NCBI RefSeq assembly: GCF_009914755.1
Contig: NC_060930.1
Source of the DNA: the human T2T-CHM13v2.0 reference genome, Homo sapiens
Direction: 5' to 3' (one strand)
Length of the DNA: 64,000 bases
Position numbers and translations under genes: made by a program. Below, piece by piece: positions 1 through 14,962 of this stretch (its first letter is position 1; each line of letters starts with the position of its first letter). Below the pieces are notes generated by a model. That model was not told the DNA's origin, made no database searches, and was given only the letters and a program-made list of their open reading frames with translations.

Positions 1-1851
1 AACTTGACTTTTTCATCGTCACGTTTTCAAGTATTCATCCCACCAAAAAAGGTTGTAGTATGAAATGATACTGTTCTCTTAATTTTTTAAAAAGATAGCA
101 TTTATAACATTATTGTAGATATTCATATGTTTAACTTCAGAGATTTATTTTTCAAGAGCTTTATTTATCAACAATAAAACCAGCAATGATGTTACACTAC
201 CTCAGATGGCTTTAGGATGCTAATTGTGTTGTTGAAATTATACAGTCTAAACCACAGATGTGACTACTTTTACAGTAGCACTTAAAAAAAATCTAAAACC
301 CCTCTTTGTTAAAACAAATGAAACCTAAAACACTACTGTGTACTGTATAATAGATAACAAAAATATTTCAAGACAATTAGACTTAGGTGCAATGTGAAAT
401 ACATTTTTCTCTTTGGTTCTTAATGATTACCAGTGTCAGGTTCTTCTCTGTTTTTGCTTTGAAAACCAGAAATTCCCTTTCTTTCATCTAATTATTCCCA
501 TTATAAACTATATCACTTTGAACACATAAAGTAACTCCAACTCCACACAGTGGCTTCATCTGCAATTTAAATCTCAATGTCTCCCATTATTCCTGTTGAA
601 GACTATTGCTTCAATGTAATTTATTCAACGTTTTTATTCAAAAGATATTATTAATTGCACATCAAACTATGTGCCAAGGCTCTATACCAGACACAGAATA
701 GTGAATGGGAAAAACGTAGTCACTCTTGTGGAATTTATAGTCTAACTGGGAAGATGGATATTGAAGAAGCAATTATAAGGTTGATGAGTATTACAATAAA
801 AGGGATTTAGAATGTTTGTTATGGGAATATTTCTTTTCCCTCTGGGCTTCAGGAGAATAAACCACTGGGTTAAAAAATATGACTGTATTTCCTCTCTAAT
901 TTCCTACTCCTGGCAACCCAAAAGAAAGATTTCACATAGGGAGTATCTGTATTAAGAAATAGAAACAAGTCCCTATGAATAATTTTTTCTTCCTTTTTAA
1001 GAAAATAGAAACATCCCTTTTAGCATGAGGCATATTTCTAACTTACAGCTGCTCACTCATAAGATTAGGTATTTATAACAATTCTGTTAGTTTTTTCTAG
1101 GTGGCTATAGCTGTTCTTCACATTTTATAAACTATTACTGTTTGGGAGATACTTAGAAACAACCTCAAAAAATGATTGCATTCTTAGTTTTTAAATAATA
1201 GTTAAGGCAGTTGTTAGGTCATATCTACAAATGGGTTTCATGAGAGACTTGAAGAGAATTTGTTGGTCTTAGATTTCTTGAAATGCCTGGGAGCTCTTAG
1301 AGAAAAGACCCTGTTGACTCTAAGGCCATGTTTACAAGTCAACAGTACAAAAGCATTTTTGCTATGAAAGTCATCTGGTGGATCTACAAGCACAGTTCAG
1401 CCTGACAGGGAATAAGTAAATGAATGACTTGATATCTTCCATAGAATCAATGGGCCAACCTCAACCCCAGTGTTAACAGCAGCTCAAAAGGGTAACCTAG
1501 CATTATCTTTTAACCAGGACTAGGCCAAAAATAAGATAAGTTACAGATTTACATGGAGAATCCTAATAGTATTTATGACAGGCCCAGAGACCAGCCCATT
1601 TATGTGAGTTCCTTTTTTTCTGTCACCCTCGTTCACAGAAGAGGGGAGTGGGTTTTGGCACTCAAGTCTTCCCCCAAACCCAGCCTCCTAACATCCCTGC
1701 TATAAAGGGAAGAATCTGTGAGACTAAGTTAGCATTTCTATAGAATTCATACATATTTTGACTGACAAGGAAAAAAGACAATAGACCTGGAATAATCAGG
1801 CTGTGCATTTGAGTGAATGTCAACTCCTTATGGTAGAAAGAGCCCTGAACT

Positions 1852-2163
1852 GGCCAGGCACGGTTAGCTCATGCCTGTAATCCCAGCACTTTGGGAAGCC
1901 GAAACTGGCAGATTGCATGAGTCCAGGAATTCCAAACCAGCCTGGGCAACATGGCAAAACTCCTTTTCTATAAAAATATTTAAAAATTAGCCAGGTTTCA
2001 CGGCACGTGCCTGTGTCTCAGCTATTCAGGAGGCTGAGGCAGGAGGATCACCTGAACCTGAGAAGGTAGAGGCTATGAGCCATGATCACACCACTGCACT
2101 CCAGGCTAAGTGACAGAGGGAGACCCTGTCTCCAAAAAAAAAAGAAAAAAAAAGAAAAAAAAA
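1852..2163 (+). mobile_element. Alu (AluJ-like)
   Basis: Dimeric Alu with A-rich linker and poly(A) tail, diverged. Confidence 0.9.
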
Positions 2164-2261
2164 GCACTGAACCCTGGGAAATGGGAAAATCTCTTAATTT
2201 CTCTGTCTCTTCTTGTTTTGTTTGTTTGTTTGTTTGTTTGTTTTTTTAATGGACTGAATTA

Positions 2262-2770
<509 letters not shown>

Positions 2771-3189
2771 GGTTTAACATCTGACATCTTAATAATTTGA
2801 GATACTTTTAAAATTCAGATTCTGATTAGTGGTCTGGGATGGGAATGGGGTGGAGGTAGGTGGGACTGGGGTTAGGGATAGGAGTGTGGATTGAGATGTG
2901 TTTTCTAAAAGCTCCAATCATGATTCTGCTGGGGGACCAGTCATGTTCTACTCTAAAATGCTCAGGGATGATTTCAGGAAACATAGGTAATAGCCACAAG
3001 TAATACACTTGTACTACCTGTACAAGTATTGCACTACATGAAGTTTTACAACCTGTGCTGAAAATATAATATTTGTTGTTCTTTCCTCCTATCTCCCAAA
3101 AGCTAATCTGGTTTGACCCCAGGATTATAAATAGTAATCACAATGATAAAGTTAATAATACTATAATTTACCATACGTCAAACACTGAT

Positions 3190-3405
3190 TTCAAAATTTC
3201 ATATCTTCATATAAGACTCTTTACAGTGCTGTGGGATACAGTATGACTATTAGCCCCATTTTACAGATGAAGAAACCAAGGCAAAGAGAAGCGAAGTAAC
3301 TTACATATGACAACAGTATCACGCATAGCAAAGTATACCAGCTAGATTCAGGCTGGCTTAGGGAAACTTTCTGTCTGGAGAAACCCAAGTTGCTTCCCTC
3401 TAACA
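3190..3405 (-). mobile_element. MIR
   Basis: cccattttacagatgaagaaaccaaggc core (antisense MIR). Confidence 0.75.
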
Positions 3406-3526
3406 TTGGGTGGCAGCGCGGTTTTATGCAAAAAGGCTAAGGCATTGGCATGAGACACTTATTCAAGGTCTGGCACAACCACTCACTAGCTATGTCAACT
3501 CAGGTGACCTTCCTTCACCTTGCTAG

Positions 3527-4270
3527 GTGTCTTCATCAGCTCAAGCTGCCATAGCAAAATACCATAGGTTGGGTGGCTTAAACATCAGAAATTTATTTCT
3601 CACAGATCTGGAGGTTAGGAAGTCCAAGACCAAAGTGCTGGCCAATTTGGTACCTGGTGAAGGGCTTCTTTCTAGTTTGAAGACAGACACCTTCTTGCTA
3701 TATCCTCACATATCGGGGAAAGAAAGGGCTCTGGTCTCTGGTCTCTCCCTCTTTTATAAGGGCACTAATTCCATCATGAGGGCCCCACCCATATTGAGGC
3801 AGGAAATTAGGGTCTGGAGGCACGGAACATAAGGCCGATTCACACTTCAGCTGTGACAGGAAATATCCTCTCCACAGGGCATTCGCTGAGCAAACGACTT
3901 TGTAACTTTATTTCATCCTGTCCATTTACATGAGGTGTACACCAAGTAAACAATGGAATCCTCTGGAGGGTATTTAAACCCCTACAAATTCTGTAATGGT
4001 GCCCTAGAGCCCCTATGCTTGGGCCCGCTCCCACACTGTGGAGTGCACTTTCATTTTCAATAAATTTCTTCATTCTTTCCCTGCTTTGTTGGTGCGTTTT
4101 GTCCAATTCTTTGTGCAAGGTGCCAAGAACCTGGGCACCCTCCTCTAGTAACATTATGACTTCATTTAAACCTAACACTTCCCAAAGGGTCCCACCTCCA
4201 AATACCATCCCATTGGGGATTAAGGCCTCAACATTGAATTTGGAGAGACACAAACATTCAGTGCATTGCA
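3527..4270 (-). mobile_element. MLT1A-like MaLR LTR, split by MER61A and lying within a + strand MIR (~3410-4370)
   Basis: tgtctt...gctgccatagcaaaataccataggttgggtggcttaaaca...aaacattcagtgcattgca. Confidence 0.8.
3795..4153 (+). mobile_element. MER61A-like ERV1 solo LTR
   Basis: TGAGGCAGGAAATTAGGGTCTGGAGG...GTAACA termini, TATTTAAA (3971), AATAAA (4059), near-match 4-bp TSD atat/ttat. Confidence 0.85.
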
Positions 4271-4697
4271 CTAAGATTCAGTTTCTTTATCTGCAAAATA
4301 CGTATCACACCTATTTATAAGGTTTGAGAATGAAATAAGATGTTTATAGGCATTAGCCCAGGCTCATAATAAAACCAAAGGAAAACATTCAAAATAGGTA
4401 TTGACTATGTATCAGGTACTTTTGAATAAAATGTTAAGAATGAAAATCACTTATTGAATACTATGTCTTCAGAGTTATGCTAAATGGGTTTATGTATTAT
4501 ATTCGTTTAATCCTCCATCACTCTTATGAAGTAGGTATGATGAAAACTGAGAGGTTGAATATTTTCCTGATGTCACAACTGGCAAATGGGAGCGGAACCT
4601 AGAGCCAGGGCATGCGCTCTGAGGTGGTCTGTGGTCTCTTCTGTTTAGACAGAAATATGCAAACAATTACTTAAATGTTCACAAAATAAATTTAAAT

Positions 4698-4830
4698 GGA
4701 TTTCTACTTAAAATAGTAGGAGAGAAATCCTCCTACTTAGGAGAGATTCCTCTAGTAGGAGAGGAATCCTTAGGAGAGATTCCTCTAATAGGAGAGAAAT
4801 GCTCTACTTAAAATAGAAGGAGAGAAATCT
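4698..4830. repeat. Local complex direct/inverted duplication
   Basis: 27-bp direct repeat at 4703 and 4803 with internal taggagag units and hairpins. Confidence 0.85.
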
Positions 4831-7369
4831 GTTTTTCACCTTTATGGTCACCTTCTCTGCTGAGTAAAAATTGGAATACATGCTCTTACAATGGGACAAG
4901 GTGGCCAAAAAAGAACCCCGGAGTCGAATTCTCTTTCTTGCCTCTCTCTTCCTTCTTTGATGTCAGCCTTCCACTCTTGATGCCTATTCCTCCATGTTTA
5001 CCCAAGGCCAACTTTGAGGGAGGAAACGTAGCTGTGAAAGCACTGGCCGGAGGGCAGCATTCTTTTCCAGTGCTAGAATTCTTTAGTGTATGAGCTGTCA
5101 CCCAGCCCCTGGTTTTCTATCTCTGATTAGTCAAAGGGCTGTAGAAACATTTATACTCTCTCCTCTGGAAGAATTCTTCGGCACACTTTCCCACCTACAT
5201 CCCAGCTTGAACACTGAAGGAACATCATGCTTAAACAGAGAAAAGCTTAGTTTTAGGGGAAACTGATAGACAAGCTGGGATTGAGTTTCCTTTTTAGGAA
5301 CATTTTCTAGATTAAAGAAAATCAGTTCTACTCTTAATATGTTAAAAATGTGTCATGTGTTGGTTATGGAATTTGTGGGAAAAACTCAAGATGGTATTGA
5401 AGTGTTCTAAAGAAACTGCAGCGTCATCACAAAACTATACAAGTGATATTAGAAACAAAAGCTCTGACAGAAAAACCTCCTTTCAACAGAACCAGAAAAA
5501 TGAATGCAACCACTGGATCACTGGCAGGATCCAAACACTTGGCTTCTCAAGGTAACCACTGAGAGGCTGGAGGTCAAGTTCAGGAAGGTACCATGTAGAA
5601 ACCATACTATTCACCCAGCCAACTGGAGACAGTTAACCGATCACAAAGAAAAATGAAAATTGCAACTTCTAGAATTTAAAGGGGTTTGTCCCTGGAATCT
5701 TGGCTCTGTTAATGGCATCGACCCCTCAGGTTAATATTAAACAAACTACACTCTGGTATTCATTACCTTATCGTGAGCCAAAGGAAGATAAGCAAAATAT
5801 GCAGGGCTCTGACACAGCTGGAGTGGGCCACGTAACAGAATAGCTCTTGAAGAGCCTTTTACTAGTACCGTCCTGGTAACAAATAACATTTAGTGATGAT
5901 TAAATGAGTATTTATTCTCACCAAAGAAATATGCAAAAATTTCCTCATATATTTTTGTGTCTTAATCTCTTTTCTTTCCAATCTATAATTTTTCTTTAGC
6001 ACAGGTTTTCTCATTCACTTAGTTTCAATGTTATTTAATCTTTATATAAATAGCCTTAAATCCCATAGAGAAATCAGCAGGTCACTAAACACTTAAATAC
6101 TTATTAAGAAAATGACAGAAGAAATTTTTTCTATCTTCCTCTTTCGCTTCTCTTTTTAAACGAAGGTTGGTTGACAGTCGGGTGATCTCAGGCCTAAAGT
6201 ATTTGGCTTTCCCCATTGTTCAGGACTCCGGGTAAGCCTTGGTAGGCGAGTGATCTACAATTAAGATGACAATCCCCACCCCCCTCCTTTGCATTTAGAA
6301 GTTGGGCCTTTGGGATTTTACAGTGTGCTAGCACTCTTAAAGACTATTCATATTAACTGCCTTTTTGGTTGATAAATTTGTATATCAGGGTAGTTATTAT
6401 AACTACCCTGAGCTAAAAAATGAACTAGAGATTTTTGCAAATATGCAAAAACTGCTCTTACTTTGGAAAAAAGCAAAAAAACAAAAAACAAACAAACAAA
6501 AACCCCCAACAATCTCAGCTTTCATAATTAATTTCAAAGAACAACCATCAGAACAGTATTTTTTCCCCAAAGTGGGAAAATTGAAAAATATATATATTTT
6601 AAAAGATTTTGGAACTGCAGAACAGACAAATGTCCCAACTCTTAAAATCTGAAGTTAATAAACGGCTCAAAAATCTTGCTGAGCTAATTAATTAGACCTG
6701 TTCCCCAAACACTCCCTGTTGTCTTGAAGTTGAAGGAAGAAAAGGCTCTTTTTCCCACCCCTCCCCCATCCAGCAGGAGGAGCTGGAAATAGAGACTTGG
6801 TAAGTGGACTCCCGAAAGGGTTATCCCTTTCCAGTAAGCCTAGGTACAGTTAGTGCTACTAGGACAGGATGCTGGCTGAGTACAAGCTCAGCCGGAATTC
6901 CCAAAACAGAGGCACAGCTGGGGTGGGGCAGAAGCAGAGTCCTCCAAATTCACAGCTGCTACCAGTTTCAAAACTGTTTTTAGAAGCCGCAGGGCTGGGA
7001 GTGGAACAGGTTCTGTTCACTTAGTGTGGCTCAGTTTGCAATTCTGGGACAGGAGCCAGGTAGAGGATTTTCTCCCATAATTCTTAAAGATGACGTGTGC
7101 TCTCCGGAGAGATGTAACATTACAGACTATTAGAACTCGGTGGGCCTTGGGAGGTCTTCTAGTGGATCCATCCACTCATCCTACAGGCCAGGCAGTGGAG
7201 GCTCAAAAAGTTAAGCAACTTGCCTAAGGTCACATAAATGGCCTCTGACAGAGCTAGGACTCTGTTAGCTCAGAAAACCCAGTATTTTCTTCCAACTCAT
7301 TTATAGTTGGTTATCCAAATCAAAATTACATTAAAATTTTCAGATATAAAACATAAACTTTGGCACATA

Positions 7370-7995
7370 TATTTAAATTTTAACTGTAGTAAAATACACA
7401 TGACATAAAATTTATCATCTTACCCATTTTTAAATGTACGATACAGCAGCATTAAGTAAATTCACATTATTATATATATATTTAATTTGGATTCCATTTC
7501 TACCATTTTATTTTATGCATTCTATTGTTCCGCCTTTTCTACATTCTTTTATATTCCTTCTTTACTTTTTTGGATTACATTTCATGTTTTATTTTTTCTT
7601 ATTCTATTTTTTTCTTTTACTAGTTTAGAACTTATATCTTTGTTTTTTATATTTTATGGGATGTCCTAGAATTTATAGCATATATATAAAAATGTATATA
7701 CACACACATACATATATATACGCATGTATATATGTGTGTACTTTAATGAAGTGTGTAATTTAATAAAGTCTTAAGTTAATCAATGTTTTACCCTCCTGAA
7801 CAAAACACATACCTTTGGTTTTTTGTTTTTTATTTCCTTTAAAATTTTTTATTTCTATAGGTTTTTGAGGAACAGGTGGTATTTGGTTACGTGAGTAAGT
7901 TCTTTAGTGGTGATTTGTGGGACTTTGGTGCACCCATCTCCCGAGCAGTATACACTGAATCCAATTTGAGTCTTTTATTGTTCACCCCCCACCCC
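7370..7995 (-). mobile_element. L1 3'-end fragments (L1MB-like ~7370-7470; L1PB-like ~7840-7995) around a TA/CA low-complexity tract
   Basis: aaatacacatgacataaaatttatcatc and ttggttacgtgagtaagttctttagtggtg antisense L1 3' motifs. Confidence 0.7.
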
Positions 7996-8065
7996 CATGT
8001 ACATATATTTAAATGCTGAGTATCTACATGGCAATTGAAAGGGTCAGTGAAAAATGTCTTCCCCT

Positions 8066-8359
<294 letters not shown>

Positions 8360-9044
8360 GTCTTTCCCATTATCAGTCAGTTATTTAATGGACACATACC
8401 ACGTGACTCTACATGGTGGGATCAGACAGCCTCTGGGCCCTCAAGGAGCTTATCATTTGTTTAGGAGACTCAATATATAAACAGAAGACAACTATAAAAG
8501 GCAGTATCTGATATGTTTTAAATGATGGTACTCACAGTAAGTGTGAAGAATCCAAAGGACACAATCATTATGAGATGAGTACTCAGGAAAAGCTTCAACG
8601 AGAAGGTAGACTTGCGCTACATTAATATGAGCAGGCACTCCAGATGAAAGAACAGAGTGACATGGGGGTGAGCTGTAAAAGATGTTCAACAAAAAGTGAC
8701 TAGAAAAGTCTCAGAGTATCCAGCATGGGTTGGTATTAGACTATAGATAAATGGCCATTACACACTGATATTATTAGATATTAGATAAATGGCCAGTTTT
8801 ATCTTGTAAGCAATTGGGAGCCATTGAAGATTTTTGAATAACATGATTACCATGTTTACAAGTTGATTTGATGGCAAAGTGTAGGATGGATTGAAGGAGG
8901 AAGAGTTGTTTGAGTGAGGCTAGTTAAGACGCCAATACAACAGTTCAAGTACAAAGGCAAGTTCAAGTACAGTGGTAGGATTGGACATTGATAATGTAGA
9001 TATGTAAAAAATATATAATGAACAATCAATAGAACTTTTTAATT

Positions 9045-9341
<297 letters not shown>

Positions 9342-10439
9342 TTAATCAATTAGATTTTGAGTGTGAGGAGGAGAGGCAGGAATACTAGGTTCAAGCTGGA
9401 GTGATGAGAAATGTGGTTCCAGTTGAATGGATTGGGTAAGTGAAGCGAGGGAAATAATATGGAAGGGAAGTTCAGTTTTAGATATGCCAATACGGAAAAA
9501 ATAGACATCCAAGCAGAAAAGAGAAAGTCCTTTAAAAAATGTATAGAGCTGTACAACTGCAAGGCATGACTATTCAAAACATTTTTCAACAAATGCTTTT
9601 GGTTTTTATCTGCATCTTTGGGCACAGTTTCAACAGTATTGGTCTCACCAGCTTAACCAGCTGAGATGGGAAGGATTAAGTTGATCACAATGTATGACAT
9701 ACTCTTCATACAGAAGTTTAAGGCTTGTAACTCAAAGCTTACAAAATGTCACTTTTACTTTATAATAATGGAGAAATAATTGGAGACATAAAAGCTTTGA
9801 GTACTCTATTCAATTGAGAATATTCCTATGGGAAATGAAAAATGCAGTCAACAAACTTATGATTGTTTTATGTTAAGCTGCTGGGTTTAAACATTTCAAC
9901 CTGATGTTTTTCGTATGAAATAAATTTAGAAAATATTGTGTAAGATGGTTGCGTACTAACAGTGTTGGGATCAGATCAAATGAAGCTTCATTGTTTATAA
10001 AGTCACTTAATTTTCCACTATTGTGACCTAGAAATGTTGAGCCACAAAGCAAAGGGAGCTTTGTTAACTATGAAGTAAACAGGACTCTGTAGTTTTCCTC
10101 CTTTCTTTCTCTTACCAGGAAGGACTTATTGACTGCCACAGTAGGCATAATGCCTAGGGATCATGATACTTTTAAGAGGCCTATGAAATTCTACTAAATT
10201 TTGCCTGAGAAGGAAAAAAATTGAAATATTTAAAGTTATATCAAAAATAAATTTTAATATTAATGTTACAGTGTGAGGGGCCCACATAGTCAAAGTGCCT
10301 AGGCCTCATGACAGTCATAATGCAGCCCTGCCTCCTATACTTAAACCCTCTCCAATTCTAACCATAAAACCATGGCTTTTTGCATTATTCTGCATACATG
10401 TATAAATTCTGTGAGCCTGTTTTTTCCAATTTTTATTAA

Positions 10440-10810
<371 letters not shown>

Positions 10811-11383
10811 ATAAACATAATTTTAATTATCACCAAGTTCCACAAAGTTTGCAAAGAAAATTGTCTCCCAACCCCTTATTTTCCATATCCCTTTTCCCAG
10901 AGGTATCTATTTTTAACTTTTAAACATGCTTCATCTGTTATGTAACTCCATTTCTCTACATAAGACACTTGTAATGTTACTTTTTTTTTTTTAGGTTTAG
11001 ACATTACCTATTGACTTCCCTTCATGAAGATGAGGATTTATGTATCTTTTGTCCTCCACCCTTACCAAATAAAGTCATAGATACTTCTAAGCTATTCATT
11101 CTCCTTATTTAGATTTATCTTATTTCTGAATAACTCAGTGTTCAGGGTTAACATTGCTGTGACTCTGTAGGCTATTCAGTGTCCAGCCATATGGGCAACT
11201 ATGATGACATTTTCTTGACTGTACAACTTGTAGTTTTTCCTCAGTTAAGAATTGTCATGTTTTCTCATTTGCCCAATTTTCTTTGTACACATTTATCCCT
11301 AATCCATACTCCTCACCAGATGGTTAAATCTTTTCTTGATACATTCATTAATGTTGGGTGTTATCTCAGTTTTATTGTCTTAA

Positions 11384-11907
<524 letters not shown>

Positions 11908-11970
11908 TAAAATTTTTGACTAAAAGATATGCACCCTCACACTTAGTTCAGAAGTTGGACAGATATTTAA

Positions 11971-12968
11971 GACAATCCTAAGCAAAAAAGAACAAAGCTG
12001 GAGGCATCCTACTACCTGACTTCAAACTATACTACAAGGCTACAGTAACCAAAACAGCATGGTACTGGTACAAGAATAGACATTTAGACCAATGGAACTG
12101 AATAGAGAACTCAGAAATAAGACTGCACACCTACAGCCACCAGATCTTTGACAAATCTGACAAAAACAAGCAATGGGGAAAGGATTCCCTATTTAATAAA
12201 TGGTGCTGGGAGAACCAGCTAGCCATATGCAGAAACTGACACTGAACCCCTTCCTTACACCTTATACAAAAATTAACTCAAGATGGATTAAAGACTTAAA
12301 TGTAAGCCGGGTGCGGTGGCTCACGCCTGTAATCCCAGCAGTTTGGGAGGCCGAGGCAGGTGGATCACCTGAGGTCAGGAGTTGGAGACCAGCCTGACCA
12401 ACATGTCAAAACCCCATTTCTACTAAAAATACAAAATTAGCCGGGTGTGGTGGCACGCGCCTATAATCCTATAATCCCAGCTACTCAGGAGGCTGAGGAG
12501 AATTGCCTGAACCCGGGAGGCAACCCAAATGCCCATCGATGATAGACTGGATAAAGAAAATATGGTATATGCATACCCATGGAATACTATGCAGCCATAA
12601 ATAACAATGAGATCGTGTCCTTTGCAGGGACATGGATGGAGTTGAGAGCCATTATCCTCAGCAAACCAACGCCAGAACAGAAAACCAAACACCACATGTT
12701 CTCACTTATAACTGGGAGCTGAATAATGAGAACACATGTACACATGGCAGGAAACAACACACACTGGGGCCTGTCAAGGTGGGGTGGGTATGGGGAGAGG
12801 TAGGGCATCAGGAAGAATAGCTAATGGATGCTGGGCTTAATACCTAGGTGATGGGATGATCTGTGCAGCAAACCACCATGGCACATGTTTACCTATGTAA
12901 CAAACCTGCACATCCTGCACATTTACCCCTGAACTTAAAATCAAAGTTAAAGGAAAAAAATAAAAAAA
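11971..12968 (+). mobile_element. 5'-truncated L1PA (old, PA13-16-like) containing a tail-less Alu (12305-12521)
   Basis: ORF2 segment aacaaagctggaggcatc...ttaaagacttaaatgtaa, L1 3'UTR and poly(A); ~20-bp degenerate TSD at 11950 and 12969. Confidence 0.9.
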
Positions 12969-13161
12969 AGAAATTGGCTAGATATTTAATACTATTTAGA
13001 AATTATTTCCCTTCGGAATTTTGAATGCGTTACCCCATTTTCTTGTAACTTTCTGTGTTGCTGCTGAGAAGTTCAGAGCCCTTTTGATTTCTGATACTTT
13101 GTATGCAATCTTCCTTCCCCCACCCACCAGGAAACTTGTAAAATCTTCTCATCGACCCCAT

Positions 13162-13523
13162 TGTCTTAGTCAGTTTGGGTTGCTAGAACAAAGTACCATA
13201 GACTAATTGGCGTATACACAACACAAATTTTTGTCTCACAGCTCTGGAGGCTGGAAGTTCAAGATCAGAGAGCCAGCATGGTCAGGTTCTGGTGAGGGCC
13301 TTCTTCTAGGTTGCAGGTGGCCTTCTTCTTGTTGTATCCTGACTTGGCAGAAAGAGGGAAAGAGTTCTGTGGGGTCTCCTTTTATAAGGACACTTATTCC
13401 ACTCATGAAGCTCCACCCTCAAGACCTAATTACTTCTCGAAGGACCCACCTCCTAATACTATCACATTGGGGGTTAGGATTTCAACATATAAACTGGGGG
13501 TGGGGGAGACATCAACATTCTGT
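13162..13523 (-). mobile_element. MLT1A-like MaLR LTR
   Basis: tgtcttagtcagtttgggttgct...ctcacagctctggaggctggaagttcaagatc. Confidence 0.8.
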
Positions 13524-13916
13524 CCCTAGGTCCTGTGTTCTGAACTAGCTCTGTTATGTGTCTTAGTGTGGATATATTTTCATTGCTGGATACTCAGTGA
13601 ACCCTTTCACACTGCAGACATGTATCCTTCAATTTTCAGAAATCTTAAATTATTTCATTGATGAAATAATTGCTTTTTCTAATCTATCTTTGAGGAACTT
13701 CTTCAGGACTGGCCTTTTAATTTGCCTATGTTTTACCTGTTATTTTACATGCTGTTTTCTTTCTTTCTGGGAGATGTCTTCAACCTTCTCTTCCAATCCA
13801 TCTATTGAGTTTTCATTTTTACAACGTTTAAATTTATTTTTTGTTCTCTGTAAATTTATTTTGTTTCATTAATTTTTGTTTCATTAATTTTAAATCTTCG
13901 AATACCTCTCTCTCTC

Positions 13917-13965
<49 letters not shown>

Positions 13966-13966
13966 G
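13917..13966. repeat. (TTA)n microsatellite
   Basis: About 16 perfect TTA units. Confidence 0.95.
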
Positions 13967-13983
13967 AAAGATGGGGGGAAACA

Positions 13984-14599
<616 letters not shown>

Positions 14600-14608
14600 A
14601 TAGGAGGT

Positions 14609-14962
14609 TGCATTAGTTCGTTTTCACACTGCTGATAAAGACAAACCCGAAACTGGGAACAAAAAGAGGTTTAATTGGACTTAGAGTTTCACGTGGCTGG
14701 GGAGGCCTCAGAATCATGGCAGAAGGTGAAAGGTACTTCTTACATGGCTGCAGCAAGAGAAAATGAGAGAAGAAGCAAAAGTGGAAACCCCTCATAAACC
14801 CATCATATCTCATGAGACTTATTTACTATCACGAGAATAGCACAGGAAAGACCGGCCCCCATGATTCAATTACCTCCTCCAAGGTTCCTCCCACAACACG
14901 TGGGAATTTTGGAGATACAATTCAAGTTGAGATTTGAATGGGGGCACAGCCTAACGATATCA
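14609..14962 (-). mobile_element. THE1 (THE1C-like) MaLR solo LTR
   Basis: tgcattagttcgttttcacactgctgataaagac...cacagcctaacgatatca; 5-bp TSD gaggt/ggggt. Confidence 0.88.

Noticed and set aside
3795-4153. p53 response element in the MER61 LTR
   Set aside because: Some MER61 subfamilies carry p53 sites, but no RRRCWWGYYY pair is visible in this copy.
10140-10330. Possible hAT-Tip100 MITE ending in gcagccctg
   Set aside because: Only one terminus is convincing and the family could not be assigned.
12200-12820. ORFs resembling L1 ORF2
   Set aside because: Fragments of a truncated, deleted and frameshifted L1PA; not an active element.
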